Positions 32,093 to 41,508 of a stretch of DNA of 48,262 nucleotides are shown piece by piece (within the stretch, counting starts at the first letter, position 1; each line of letters opens with the position of its first letter). This DNA is from an uncultured Dehalococcoidales bacterium. Its GTDB lineage: Bacteria; Chloroflexota; Dehalococcoidia; GIF9; UBA5629. Where the stretch lies: NCBI GenBank assembly GCA_964485235.1, contig CAZAIO010000004.1, forward strand, positions 1-48,262, in the 5' to 3' direction. A program made the translations under genes and the position numbers. The notes below the pieces were generated by a model. It was not told the DNA's origin. It made no database searches and saw only the letters and a program-made list of their open reading frames with translations.

Positions 32093-33985
32093 TCAGGAAA
32101 GCTTCGGATTTTGACGTGATTTCCATTCTTCAGGAAAGAGCTCGCGGAACATGGCAGGAAATTCAGGAGGATATATCTCATAAAGGTACTCGTACATGGT
32201 CTCTATCATCGCCGGTATATCGTTCATACAGCCCCAGGCCCGCTGAATATGGTCGGTGGAGAGGAATACCTCTCTGCAATATTCCTTCAGCTCCTGCAGC
32301 AAGCTTCGCAATAAATTCCGCTTACCGTCCGGAGATGTCGCCTGTTCCACTTCAATGCTCGTTTTAAGTGCGCGTTCAATACATTCTGCGGCGATTATTC
32401 TGTGGCTATGCGCCCTTTCAAGTTCCAACAGCGCCGTTTCCTTTTTATCTCCGATAATTGCCGGTTTTTCAATACCTTTCATAAGGTATGCGGCTCTCAT
32501 ATCGATAAGGTATTTCATTATTCGCTCAGCACCTGTATATATCGCATCTCCGGGGTGCTGGTAACGGCTTGCGGCAAAGGCGATATCACGCATCTCGCTC
32601 TTTAAGAGGAGTTCTGCAAGACGGTACCCGTGCATGAAAGGACGTTTCTGCCGCCCTTCTTCAGGTCTCCATCCCCAGTTACAGGCACGTTTCATCAATC
32701 TGAAATGGAGTGTTATCTGGTCTTTGATATCGAACTGTGGAAGAGCATATCGAGTATCATGGAGAGTTGTAGCTGTTACATCACAACGGCGGGGCATCCC
32801 GAATGAGTCCAGAACAGAACCGAAAATAGTGGTGAGGAACCGGCCGGGTTCCCAGAAAACGAATGGTATTGTTTTAAATACGGACTCGGTAAGGTCTGTT
32901 CCTTTATATGTCCCTGCATTAAGCGGAGTGTAATGGCCGTCATATCGCAGAACGAGCCTTATCTCAGGGGCCCATGATACCTGATGAAAACGGACGCGTG
33001 AGAGCGAGCCTGTATCCCCGAGTTTGTCCATATAGTCATCCGGTGTAATAAAGGTTACGCGGACCTTCTTCCTGTCAAGTACTCTTTTCCATGACTCTTC
33101 TATCATTTTAAGAGCAATGTCCCCGAAGTCCATAAGCTCAAGGTCCTGAATATAGAGAATCAGTCCGTTATTGGGCAACTCCGTTAAAGCTTTTTCCAGA
33201 ATAGCGGTATATTCGGTGACCGCTTCGTCCCACGAGATAGGGAAAGAGACGGTACTTTTATTTTGATATTCTTCTTCGAACACTGCGTATTTACCGAGTA
33301 TATATCCCTGGTTTCGCACTTCCTGCGGTTTGTAGCGTGTAATGGGACGCCAGATATATTGTGATACCGGAAAATGGCGCGGGAGAGCCACGATATCAGG
33401 TCCTACCAGGAAGGCGTTATATTTCACATCTGCATTGCCCTCGACAGCGATATGAGCTTGCCTGTTATTGGTATGCGGAAAAATTATGTATTCCATACCG
33501 GCATTTTTGTATGCGGACAGGTGTGATGTGGCTATTGAATCTTCCGTGGGGAAAACTCCGGCATGTCGTGGTTGGGGAACACCCATCAAATCATGCAACA
33601 GCTCCGAGTTAAGGCGCAGTTCATCGTTTATTTCATCCGGCGTAAGCAACGCGGCATGAGTATGATGGGCATGTGTATAAACGGGATAAATAATCCCTTT
33701 TTTATACGCTGCTGAGAGGTTTCGGAACACTTCCGGCACGTACCAGTCGAGCTGTACCAGGAGCTCATTGGTGATATCCAGCACTACCGGTGCGTCCAAT
33801 GATTCCGCCGTTTTTATCAGATGGGCGTAGATATCACGTTCTTCTTTTGCCCTCTTTAAAACGTAGTTATCCCCGCGGACCGAGTGATGAATTTCAGGGT
33901 CGTCGGTCAACGCAACCAGCTCATTGGGCAGGTCCCACAGGGGTTCATGTGCGTGAAATGCGAGGATGACATTCGCTTTTTTCAA
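32093..33985 (-). CDS. Divergent GH57-like protein (630 aa)
   Basis: The N-terminal LAFHAHEPLWD occupies the position of GH57 region I (HQHQP), and GVFPTEDSI resembles region III. Regions II and IV are poorly recognisable, and a long helical C-terminal part follows. TTG start lies 9 nt after AGGAG. It shares an operon with two clear GH57 genes. Confidence 0.45.
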   Translation of the reverse strand: MKKANVILAFHAHEPLWDLPNELVALTDDPEIHHSVRGDNYVLKRAKEERDIYAHLIKTAESLDAPVVLDITNELLVQLDWYVPEVFRNLSAAYKKGIIYPVYTHAHHTHAALLTPDEINDELRLNSELLHDLMGVPQPRHAGVFPTEDSIATSHLSAYKNAGMEYIIFPHTNNRQAHIAVEGNADVKYNAFLVGPDIVALPRHFPVSQYIWRPITRYKPQEVRNQGYILGKYAVFEEEYQNKSTVSFPISWDEAVTEYTAILEKALTELPNNGLILYIQDLELMDFGDIALKMIEESWKRVLDRKKVRVTFITPDDYMDKLGDTGSLSRVRFHQVSWAPEIRLVLRYDGHYTPLNAGTYKGTDLTESVFKTIPFVFWEPGRFLTTIFGSVLDSFGMPRRCDVTATTLHDTRYALPQFDIKDQITLHFRLMKRACNWGWRPEEGRQKRPFMHGYRLAELLLKSEMRDIAFAASRYQHPGDAIYTGAERIMKYLIDMRAAYLMKGIEKPAIIGDKKETALLELERAHSHRIIAAECIERALKTSIEVEQATSPDGKRNLLRSLLQELKEYCREVFLSTDHIQRAWGCMNDIPAMIETMYEYLYEIYPPEFPAMFRELFPEEWKSRQNPKLS

Positions 33986-33997
33986 TATAATAACTCC

Positions 33998-35227
33998 TTA
34001 ATCGCCGAATGTGAGTTCAGTGGAGACTTCAGGGTGTTCTGTTTTATACTTATCTTTCAGCCGTTGGGCTTCGCCTGAAATTTGCCATTCCTTTGCTGTG
34101 TCGATAATTGCCTTGTATAATCTGTTTGCGTTCTCTCTATCTTTACTGTTAACCGCATGACCCATCAACTCCACAGCATGATAAAGCTCTCCGGCACCCC
34201 ATTCGATCATCTCAACGCTCCACCATGGACGGCAGCTTGCCCACCAGTACTGACAGCTGTGCAGCCCCTTGTCGATAAGATTTCTGGCCTCAGAGAAGTT
34301 CGGCACGTCTTTCGCTGCATTTTCAATTATATGCAGGACAACCCCGGTAAGCTGCCATTGCAGGGCGTGGATAGCGTGTCCGGGATACTGCCACTGGGGA
34401 TATGGTATACCCGCTGCCATTTCATCTTCCCAGGTGCTCCATGATGACGAAAGCGGACTTACGGTTTCTCTCGTCGGGAAGATGTCAATAAGTTCGGAGA
34501 CCGTACACGTCACCGGTATTTTTCGTTCGTATACTTCAGAGAGCAGGTTTTCCTGTCCCGGGCGGTGATGTCCGTACACTTCGCCATCGGTCCCGCTTAA
34601 CAGGTAAGTATTTGTGTCGAGCCTGTCGTGCAGCGCTTTTAAAAATGGATCTGCCGCAGGATATGTGCCGTAAGTAATGCCGGCGCTGAACGGACGTTCT
34701 TTAAAAAATACAATAAAGTCATTGAGGCCGTCGACCTTATACATTCGATCGTATGAAACGTTGCCTACCTTTCCGTTAAACGATATTTCATCGACAATGA
34801 TCCATTGGAAACCAAGTCCTGCGACTATCCTGGCGATGTCTTTGCTGTAACACATTTCAGGGGGAAAGAAGCCTTTAGGATTATAAACATCTCCGAAATA
34901 ACGCTTGTTGACCTCGGTGTTAAGCGTTATCTGCCGGACTACTTCGTCTTCGGGAATGAGCGGCAGAATGGGATGGTAAATGGCACTCCCGGTAAACTCT
35001 ATTTGCCCGCGCTCTGCAAGCTTTCGAAGTCCGGTGATCACATCGTTCAGACCGAACGAGGCGAGAAATTCGGTCAGCACTGCATTGATATTGAGCGTTA
35101 TTTTGCTTTCCGGGAAATTATTCAACGTCCGGACAATGGTGCGGTAACTCTCATCGGTTACCTTTCGGACAATGTATTCTGACTGTGTAGGCGGTTGATA
35201 AATATGTAGAAAATTGCTCCAGTACAT
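33998..35227 (-). CDS. GH57-family glycoside hydrolase (409 aa)
   Basis: LHIYQPPTQ (region I), GQIEFTGSAIYHPILPLI (II), GFFPPEMCYS (III, nucleophile Glu), SGTDGEVYGHH (IV, Asp) and HSCQYWWAS (V) are present. GGAAGGTGAGG SD precedes the start. Confidence 0.7.
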   Translation of the reverse strand: MYWSNFLHIYQPPTQSEYIVRKVTDESYRTIVRTLNNFPESKITLNINAVLTEFLASFGLNDVITGLRKLAERGQIEFTGSAIYHPILPLIPEDEVVRQITLNTEVNKRYFGDVYNPKGFFPPEMCYSKDIARIVAGLGFQWIIVDEISFNGKVGNVSYDRMYKVDGLNDFIVFFKERPFSAGITYGTYPAADPFLKALHDRLDTNTYLLSGTDGEVYGHHRPGQENLLSEVYERKIPVTCTVSELIDIFPTRETVSPLSSSWSTWEDEMAAGIPYPQWQYPGHAIHALQWQLTGVVLHIIENAAKDVPNFSEARNLIDKGLHSCQYWWASCRPWWSVEMIEWGAGELYHAVELMGHAVNSKDRENANRLYKAIIDTAKEWQISGEAQRLKDKYKTEHPEVSTELTFGD

Positions 35228-35245
35228 TGGTCTGACCTCACCTTC

Positions 35246-36541
35246 CTATTGCACAAATAGTCTATCAGTCAGTTTGCTTCTTATGTCCCTCGCCGCAACG
35301 GTAAGGTAGTAGTATTCCTGTTTGGTCTTTTCATCCGTACCACTTTTGTTAATAGCGCGGTAAGCGTTGACCACTACACGAAACTGGTCGAGCAGACCCA
35401 TATGGATTAAGTTAATATCCCACATCGGACGTTTGCTTGCCCACCACATCTGGCAACTATGTTCGGCACGGTCAAGGAGCCGCCGGGAAATGGCTGCGAA
35501 ACGCTTGCTCTCCTCATTATCAGCACAATCGAGTGCTTTTTTGACCAGTTCGATACATATTGACAGATGTTCCCATTGCAGCCGGTGGATTTCGTTATTT
35601 TTATCCTGCCATAGCGGATAAGGATTTCCTGTCGCAATGTCTTCCGCAGTGGTGCTCCATGAAGATGGTTTCGGATTGACGACTTTTTTAACCGGAAAAA
35701 GATGGAGCAGTTCACTGATCGTCACCATTTTAATCTGTGTGTTTACATCTGTGCTGTTCAACAACATCGTATGCTGATTTGCCAGTACCTTGGCCTGTTT
35801 CAGGGTATCCTGCGGTGGTAGTGTAGGTTCAAGTTCATTGTAGACCGCTCCGAGGAAAGTCTGCTCCCAGTCCTGGATATGATGGCCGAATGTCTCTGCG
35901 TCCATTGCGGTGACCACGTACATATTTTCCCTGTTACCTTTTTGTTGAATTAGATGTGCGATGAAATCTTTGGGTCCGAGGTCCTGAAAACTGATCTTGT
36001 TGCTGAGGACGTCATCTCTGAAAAAGACTATCAACCGCTTTCCATCCTGTTCAGTCTGGTACAATACATCAACCGGCCATTCGACAGGGCACGCGATACC
36101 GCCGAGAATTATCCACTCGAATCCGGATTGGATAATCGGAAGAACTATATCCTGGCTATAACACATTTCAGGCGGGAAAAAACCTTTGGGATTATAAATA
36201 TCTCCAAACAGCCGGCGGTTAACTGCTGTGTTTATTCTTATCTGTCGGACTCTTTCCTCTTCGGGGATAAGCGGGAGTATGGGATGGTACATTGCGCTTC
36301 CCGTCATTTCAAGCTGGCCTCTGGCAGCCAGACGTTTATACCCGTCGATTATATCCTTATGACCGCAGTCCATGAGCATATCAGTAAGGACTCCGTTGAA
36401 ATTGATCGTTGCATGGGCATGCGGATTATCATTGAAAACTTCGATGAGCGGACGGTATGATTCATCGCAAATCTTTGTGAGCATTGAAGGTATTTGCGTT
36501 GGTGGCTGGTAAAAATGTAATAGTTGAGCCCAATAAATCAT
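35246..36541 (-). CDS. GH57-family glycoside hydrolase (431 aa), paralogue of 33998-35227
   Basis: LHFYQPPTQ, GQLEMTGSAMYHPILPLI, GFFPPEMCYS, TAMDAETFGHH and HSCQMWWAS are present. Long identical blocks are shared with the downstream paralogue, for example YNPKGFFPPEMCYS and YHPILPLIPE. Confidence 0.7.
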   Translation of the reverse strand: MIYWAQLLHFYQPPTQIPSMLTKICDESYRPLIEVFNDNPHAHATINFNGVLTDMLMDCGHKDIIDGYKRLAARGQLEMTGSAMYHPILPLIPEEERVRQIRINTAVNRRLFGDIYNPKGFFPPEMCYSQDIVLPIIQSGFEWIILGGIACPVEWPVDVLYQTEQDGKRLIVFFRDDVLSNKISFQDLGPKDFIAHLIQQKGNRENMYVVTAMDAETFGHHIQDWEQTFLGAVYNELEPTLPPQDTLKQAKVLANQHTMLLNSTDVNTQIKMVTISELLHLFPVKKVVNPKPSSWSTTAEDIATGNPYPLWQDKNNEIHRLQWEHLSICIELVKKALDCADNEESKRFAAISRRLLDRAEHSCQMWWASKRPMWDINLIHMGLLDQFRVVVNAYRAINKSGTDEKTKQEYYYLTVAARDIRSKLTDRLFVQ

Positions 36542-36822
36542 TTTTCTGTACCACGCTTTCTCAAGTTCGACAGCGGACTTTTAAATTCCGATTGAGACCA
36601 TTGTATCATGTTTCCGGAAATATTCCAGATGTAAGGTATTATATGAAATTCGGACATGCTTATTTTATTATCGGTAAGTTTATTTGTATAATAAACCTAA
36701 GAGAATTTTATAAACCACTAAAAATATTTTACTTATCTAAATAGAATTCTCCTGTGAATGCCATCGTACAGAATCGCAACCTGAAAGTGTCTACATAAAT
36801 GATAACCGGTGGGGAGTAGTGT

Positions 36823-38034
36823 ATGCAGGAAAAGACCGAAAACGAAAAGAAGGACAAGAACACCCGGGAATTAGAACTTTTACGCCGGCAGATTGCAGAC
36901 CTGGAAAGGTTCGATAAAGTAACCAAGCTTTATAATAGCCGTATTTATCAGGAGAGGATCCAAGAAGAGCTGGCGCGCAGTGCACGATACGGACAGGATT
37001 TTTCTCTTGTGCTGCTGGGAGTCGACCATTTCGACAGATATGCGGGCAAGTTCGGGAAGAATGCAGAGGAAGAGGTCCTGGCTATGGTCGGTTATGCGGT
37101 ACGCGATTGTATCAGAAATGTGGATATCGGCTGCTATTACGGCGATGGCAGATTTGCCATAATACTACCTCATACGGGATTTGACGGTGCCAGGATTGTT
37201 GCGGGAAGAATGCGGGAGAAAATGGAAAGGGTGCTGATGTTCAAGGGAATATCCGCTGAAGAGAGTCTCTCAGCCAGCATAGGCGTCGCAGTATTCCCGA
37301 TGGATGCGGTAATCGAACAGGAACTCTTCCAGCAAGCGGTGAATGCGCTTAGTACGGCGCAAAAGCAGGGCGGTAATAAATTTTATATGGCGTCCGAACT
37401 TTCCGGTGAAACCTCGGATAAAGATGAAAAAACAGCCCATGTTTCACAAAAGATCGCATGTACCACTATAGACATGGCTTATGCTATTGTAGCGGCGGTT
37501 GACGCAAAAGACCGTTTCACATCGATACATTCACATAACGTTGCTTTGTATAGTGCAGGCACAGCGAGAGTGATGGGCTTATCGACAAGAAAGATAGAGC
37601 AGATCCGGATTGCCGGCATTCTTCATGATATCGGTAAGATCGGAATTCCTGATAATATAATAATAAAATCGGGACCTTTGAATGAAGAAGAATGGCAAAT
37701 TATGCGGAAACATCCGGAAATAGGTGCCGGAATAATCAGCCAAATACATGATATGAAAGAATGTGAGCTGGCTATAAAGCACCATCATGAACGGTATGAC
37801 GGTATGGGATATCCTGACAGGCTTAAAGGAGAACAGATTCCTCTCGATGCACGTATTATTGCGATAGCCGAAACGTACGATAATCTCACAACTCCGCGTC
37901 CCTACAGAAAAACATTATCGCCGAAAGAGGCTTTGGAAGAAATCAAACGAAACAGCAATACTCAGTTCGATCCTGTACCCGTCATGGCTTTTATCAGGTT
38001 CATGGCGACGCATCTCATGGTAAAGGCAAAGTAA
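36823..38034 (+). CDS. Degenerate GGDEF domain fused to an HD-GYP c-di-GMP phosphodiesterase domain
   Basis: After a coiled-coil N-terminus, the GGDEF-fold region carries GDGRF in place of GGDEF but keeps RNVD (RxxD) five residues upstream. The HD-GYP part has ILHDIGKIGIP, HHHERYDGMGYPDRLKG and IIAIAETYDNL. GGGGAG SD precedes the start. Confidence 0.8.
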   Translation: MQEKTENEKKDKNTRELELLRRQIADLERFDKVTKLYNSRIYQERIQEELARSARYGQDFSLVLLGVDHFDRYAGKFGKNAEEEVLAMVGYAVRDCIRNVDIGCYYGDGRFAIILPHTGFDGARIVAGRMREKMERVLMFKGISAEESLSASIGVAVFPMDAVIEQELFQQAVNALSTAQKQGGNKFYMASELSGETSDKDEKTAHVSQKIACTTIDMAYAIVAAVDAKDRFTSIHSHNVALYSAGTARVMGLSTRKIEQIRIAGILHDIGKIGIPDNIIIKSGPLNEEEWQIMRKHPEIGAGIISQIHDMKECELAIKHHHERYDGMGYPDRLKGEQIPLDARIIAIAETYDNLTTPRPYRKTLSPKEALEEIKRNSNTQFDPVPVMAFIRFMATHLMVKAK

Positions 38035-38075
38035 ATATACTGCCGCTTGAGGTAAGCTGAAAAAGCCTTGTACGC

Positions 38076-39050
38076 CTAAAGAGAAAGGACGCTGCAGTCA
38101 TCCAGAAATTTAGTGTCAAGTTCTTTCTTTTTTCCCGCGACTTCTTGAAACGGAGTGTAGACCAGTTCTCCCTTTACTTCACCTACCGCGTTGCCCTCTT
38201 TTCCGTTCAACAGACCTTCGACAGCAGCGATTCCAAACTTGCTGGCAAGTACCCTGTCACGCGCGGTAGGTGAACCGCCCCGTTGAAGGTGACCGAGTAT
38301 ACAAACGCGGGTGTTTGCTTTAAGGCGGTACTGTACGTACTGAGCGATTTGCACCGTATGTCCCACCTCGTTACCCTCGGCAACAATAACAATACTGCTT
38401 GTTTTTCCTCTGCGAAAACTATCTTTCAACGAACGGCATAGCTTTTCCAGGTCTGTTTCTCTTTCGGGAATGATGATTTCTTCGGCACCGCCTGCTATAC
38501 CTACTTCCACCGCGATAAACCCAGACAACGCGCCCATCACTTCCACGAAGAAAATACGCTCAAAAGCATGTGCGGTATCTCGAATACGGTCTATTGCTTC
38601 AAGTCCGGTGTTAATAGCGGTATCAAAGCCGATAGCATAGTCGGTACCGTAAATGTCATTATCGATTGTTGCTGGTACTCCTATGATTTTAATACCGCTT
38701 TCTTGAGACAGAATGGCAGCACCGCGGAAGGAGCCGTCGCCGCCGATCACGACCAGACCATCGATACATTCTTCCTTGATGTTATCGATGATCTTTTGCC
38801 TGCCTTCCTCCGTTTTCATCTCTTCACAACGTGAAGTTTCCAGTACTGTGCCGCCCCGCTGAATTATATTGGCAACCGAACGCCGGTTGAGCTTGATCAT
38901 ATCGTTCATCAAGAGTCCGGTATATCCACGGCGAACGCCGACCACGTCGATGCCCTTGCTGATTGCACTGCGAACAACTGCCCTGATGCAGGCGTTCATC
39001 CCCGGTGCATCCCCTCCGCTTGTTATTACACCTATCTTCTCAATCTTCAT
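38076..39050 (-). CDS. pfkA: ATP-dependent 6-phosphofructokinase
   Basis: IGVITSGGDAPGMNACIRAVVR, VVIGGDGSF, GVPATIDNDI, EVMG and LGHLQRGG are present. The second ATG (39050, MKIEKIGV...) has a GGAG 6 nt upstream and fits the usual PfkA N-terminus better than ATG 39062. Confidence 0.9.
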   Translation of the reverse strand: MKIEKIGVITSGGDAPGMNACIRAVVRSAISKGIDVVGVRRGYTGLLMNDMIKLNRRSVANIIQRGGTVLETSRCEEMKTEEGRQKIIDNIKEECIDGLVVIGGDGSFRGAAILSQESGIKIIGVPATIDNDIYGTDYAIGFDTAINTGLEAIDRIRDTAHAFERIFFVEVMGALSGFIAVEVGIAGGAEEIIIPERETDLEKLCRSLKDSFRRGKTSSIVIVAEGNEVGHTVQIAQYVQYRLKANTRVCILGHLQRGGSPTARDRVLASKFGIAAVEGLLNGKEGNAVGEVKGELVYTPFQEVAGKKKELDTKFLDDCSVLSL

Positions 39051-39111
39051 CGTCTTCTCCATGCTTGTCCTGTTATACAGGTACAGTCTTATTATTTAAG
39101 GCGTATAACTT

Positions 39112-41367
39112 TCATTTCTCGTCTGTTTGCGAGGTTGCAGGTACGTTGGTCGATCCCTGCTTACCCGGTCGGGCCGTGGTGGTTTTTACTTTGCGGGGCC
39201 TATTCGGCGTACCGGAGTGTGACGATAATCCAAGTCGGATGCTCGCCTTTGCTGCCTGTAAATACATATAGTCACCATATTCCTTGGTCATACGCCGTGT
39301 GCTGAATAAAGGCGCATTTGAACGGATGCTTTCTTTTATTGTCCGGATCCAGCCGTGAGGGATACCGTATATATCACGTTCATAATAGAGGGGAATTATT
39401 TTTTCTTCGAGCAGATCGTAAAGCTGCTCTGCATCTGCTTTATCCTGGTTCGGTGAGAACGGTGATTCGGTCTCATTGAAAATAGACCATCCGTTGGAAC
39501 CGTTATACCCTTCATGCCACCATCCGTCGAGCACGCTTAAATGAGGCACTCCATTAAGAGCGGCTTTTTGTCCGCTGGTACCGCTCGCTTCCTGGAGAGG
39601 TCGCGGAGTATTTAACCAGACATCGACACCATGGATAAGGTAGCGTGCCATATGCATGTCGTAGTTTTCCACGAAGGCTATACGCCCCCCGAGTTCGGGG
39701 TTTTTTGCAATATTATATATATTCTGTATGAACTGTTTGCCCTGTATATCGTTCGGGTGAGCTTTCCCGGCAAAGACGATCTGTACCGGCTGCAGCTCAT
39801 TTTGCAGGATTCGCTTTAGACGCTCGAAATCGTTAAAAATGAGTGCGCTCCTTTTATACTCGGTGAAACGCCTTGCAAAGCCTATGGTCAGTATCTCGGC
39901 ATCGATCAATGCCCCCATTGCCAGCGCCTGGACAGGGTCTATGGAGTCATCCCGCCAGCGCATCCGTATCCGGTCCTTCATAGCTCGTGACAACTTGTAT
40001 TTCAACCATCGCCGCACTTCCCATAGTTCCTCGTTGGGGATATCCGTCACACGGTCCCATAAAGCAGGGTCATCATGTTGATCCAGCCAGTCGGCACCGA
40101 GATATTTCTCGAAAAGCCCTGACATCTTGGGAGATATCCATGTGGGAACATGAATGCCGTTTGTGATCGACGTAATCGGCACATCATCTTCCGGGATGTC
40201 AGGCCAGAGTGAATGCCACATCTGGCGGCATACACTCCCGTGGAGCTGGCTGACCCCGTTTCTTTGGTCTGCCATCCTCATGGCAAGCGCGGTCATATTG
40301 AAATAATTATGATCGGGTTCAAGAAAACCGAGGTTAAGAAAAGCATCTCTATCGAGCCCCAGCTTGTTCCAGTAACTGGTAAAATACTTGTCCATCAGGT
40401 CCAGAGAGAACACATCATGACCTGCCGGTACGGGTGTATGTGTAGTGAAAATGGATGTTGCCCGTACCATACCGGCAGCTTCATTGAAATCCATGCCTTT
40501 TTCTACGAATTCCCGTGCTCTTTCCAGCATCATAAATGCGGTATGACCTTCATTGGCATGCCATATTTCGATATCGATGCCGAGCTTGCGAAGAACACGT
40601 ACTCCGCCGATACCGAGAATAATCTCCTGCTGGAGACGTTTTTCACGGTCTGCTACATAGAGACGTGCTGATAGGTCACAGGTCGGTTGTGTGTTTTCCG
40701 GAATGTTCGTGTCGAGGAGATAGAGCTTGACCCGTCCGACATTAACCTGCCACACGCCGACCTGGATGGTGCTCGAATTTAACGGTACTTCGACTGTCAT
40801 TCTTTTTCCGTCACTATCGAAGACCGGATTTATAGGAGCTTCATCGAAGTTAAGCTGCTCGTACGATTCTTCCTGCCACCCGTCGATGGATATATATTGC
40901 TGGAAGTACCCCTGCGGGTACATGAATCCTACGCCGACCATATCGAATCCCAGATCACTCGCTTCTTTACAGTAATCACCGGCAAGGACACCCAGACCGC
41001 CCGCGTAAATCGGAAGAGAATTATGGATGGCAAATTCGAGCGAAAAATAAGCAATTCCTGTATTGAAATAGTGCGGATACTTGACCGCGAGCCATGTGTT
41101 TTCGCCCTGCATATCATTTTTAAAATCTCGCATCACAGTATCGTATTTTTTCAGGAATACACTGTTTTGAGCGGCTGCAACAAGACGATGAAGGGCTATA
41201 TTCTGTAAAAGTTCAACCGGATTATGACCGGTCGCTTTCCATTGTGCCCGGTCCAGGTACTTGAAAAGGTTGCGTGCTTCTTCGTGCCAGCTCCACCAGA
41301 GGTTATTTGCGATCTCGTGGAGGCCGTTAATTCGTTTTGGTAGGTCTCTTTTTTCTTTTATTTCCAT
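39112..41367 (-). CDS. glgP: Alpha-glucan (glycogen/maltodextrin) phosphorylase, GT35, short bacterial/archaeal type
   Basis: IAYFSLEFAIHNSLPIYAGGLGVLAGD, HANEGHTAF, FARRFTEYKR and the PLP-lysine region LQEASGTSGQKAALNGVPHLSVLDGWW are present (751 aa). Confidence 0.88.
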   Translation of the reverse strand: MEIKEKRDLPKRINGLHEIANNLWWSWHEEARNLFKYLDRAQWKATGHNPVELLQNIALHRLVAAAQNSVFLKKYDTVMRDFKNDMQGENTWLAVKYPHYFNTGIAYFSLEFAIHNSLPIYAGGLGVLAGDYCKEASDLGFDMVGVGFMYPQGYFQQYISIDGWQEESYEQLNFDEAPINPVFDSDGKRMTVEVPLNSSTIQVGVWQVNVGRVKLYLLDTNIPENTQPTCDLSARLYVADREKRLQQEIILGIGGVRVLRKLGIDIEIWHANEGHTAFMMLERAREFVEKGMDFNEAAGMVRATSIFTTHTPVPAGHDVFSLDLMDKYFTSYWNKLGLDRDAFLNLGFLEPDHNYFNMTALAMRMADQRNGVSQLHGSVCRQMWHSLWPDIPEDDVPITSITNGIHVPTWISPKMSGLFEKYLGADWLDQHDDPALWDRVTDIPNEELWEVRRWLKYKLSRAMKDRIRMRWRDDSIDPVQALAMGALIDAEILTIGFARRFTEYKRSALIFNDFERLKRILQNELQPVQIVFAGKAHPNDIQGKQFIQNIYNIAKNPELGGRIAFVENYDMHMARYLIHGVDVWLNTPRPLQEASGTSGQKAALNGVPHLSVLDGWWHEGYNGSNGWSIFNETESPFSPNQDKADAEQLYDLLEEKIIPLYYERDIYGIPHGWIRTIKESIRSNAPLFSTRRMTKEYGDYMYLQAAKASIRLGLSSHSGTPNRPRKVKTTTARPGKQGSTNVPATSQTDEK

Positions 41368-41374
41368 TTAAATA

Positions 41375-41458
41375 GCAGCCTTTATCAGGTCGAATCATTT
41401 CTGTTAAAACAGATTAACTTCTTATTCTACATAAAAAATATATAAATATAAAGGCTGC
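41375..41458. repeat. 11-bp inverted repeat GCAGCCTTTAT / ATAAAGGCTGC with a 62-nt spacer, in the glgP leader
   Basis: Read directly from the sequence. On the glgP mRNA strand the 3' arm (41385-41375) contains the only SD-like AAAGG, 11 nt before the ATG. Confidence 0.55.
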
Positions 41459-41479
41459 CTCGTTTTAAATATAGCCACT

Positions 41480-41508
41480 ATAGTAAATATCATCCTGATA
41501 AATGTCAA
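41480..41508 (-). promoter_or_regulatory. Candidate promoter for glgP
   Basis: The reverse strand reads TTGACA (41508-41503), 17 nt, TACTAT (41485-41480). It predicts a roughly 105-nt leader that contains both arms of the 41375-41458 inverted repeat. Confidence 0.45.
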
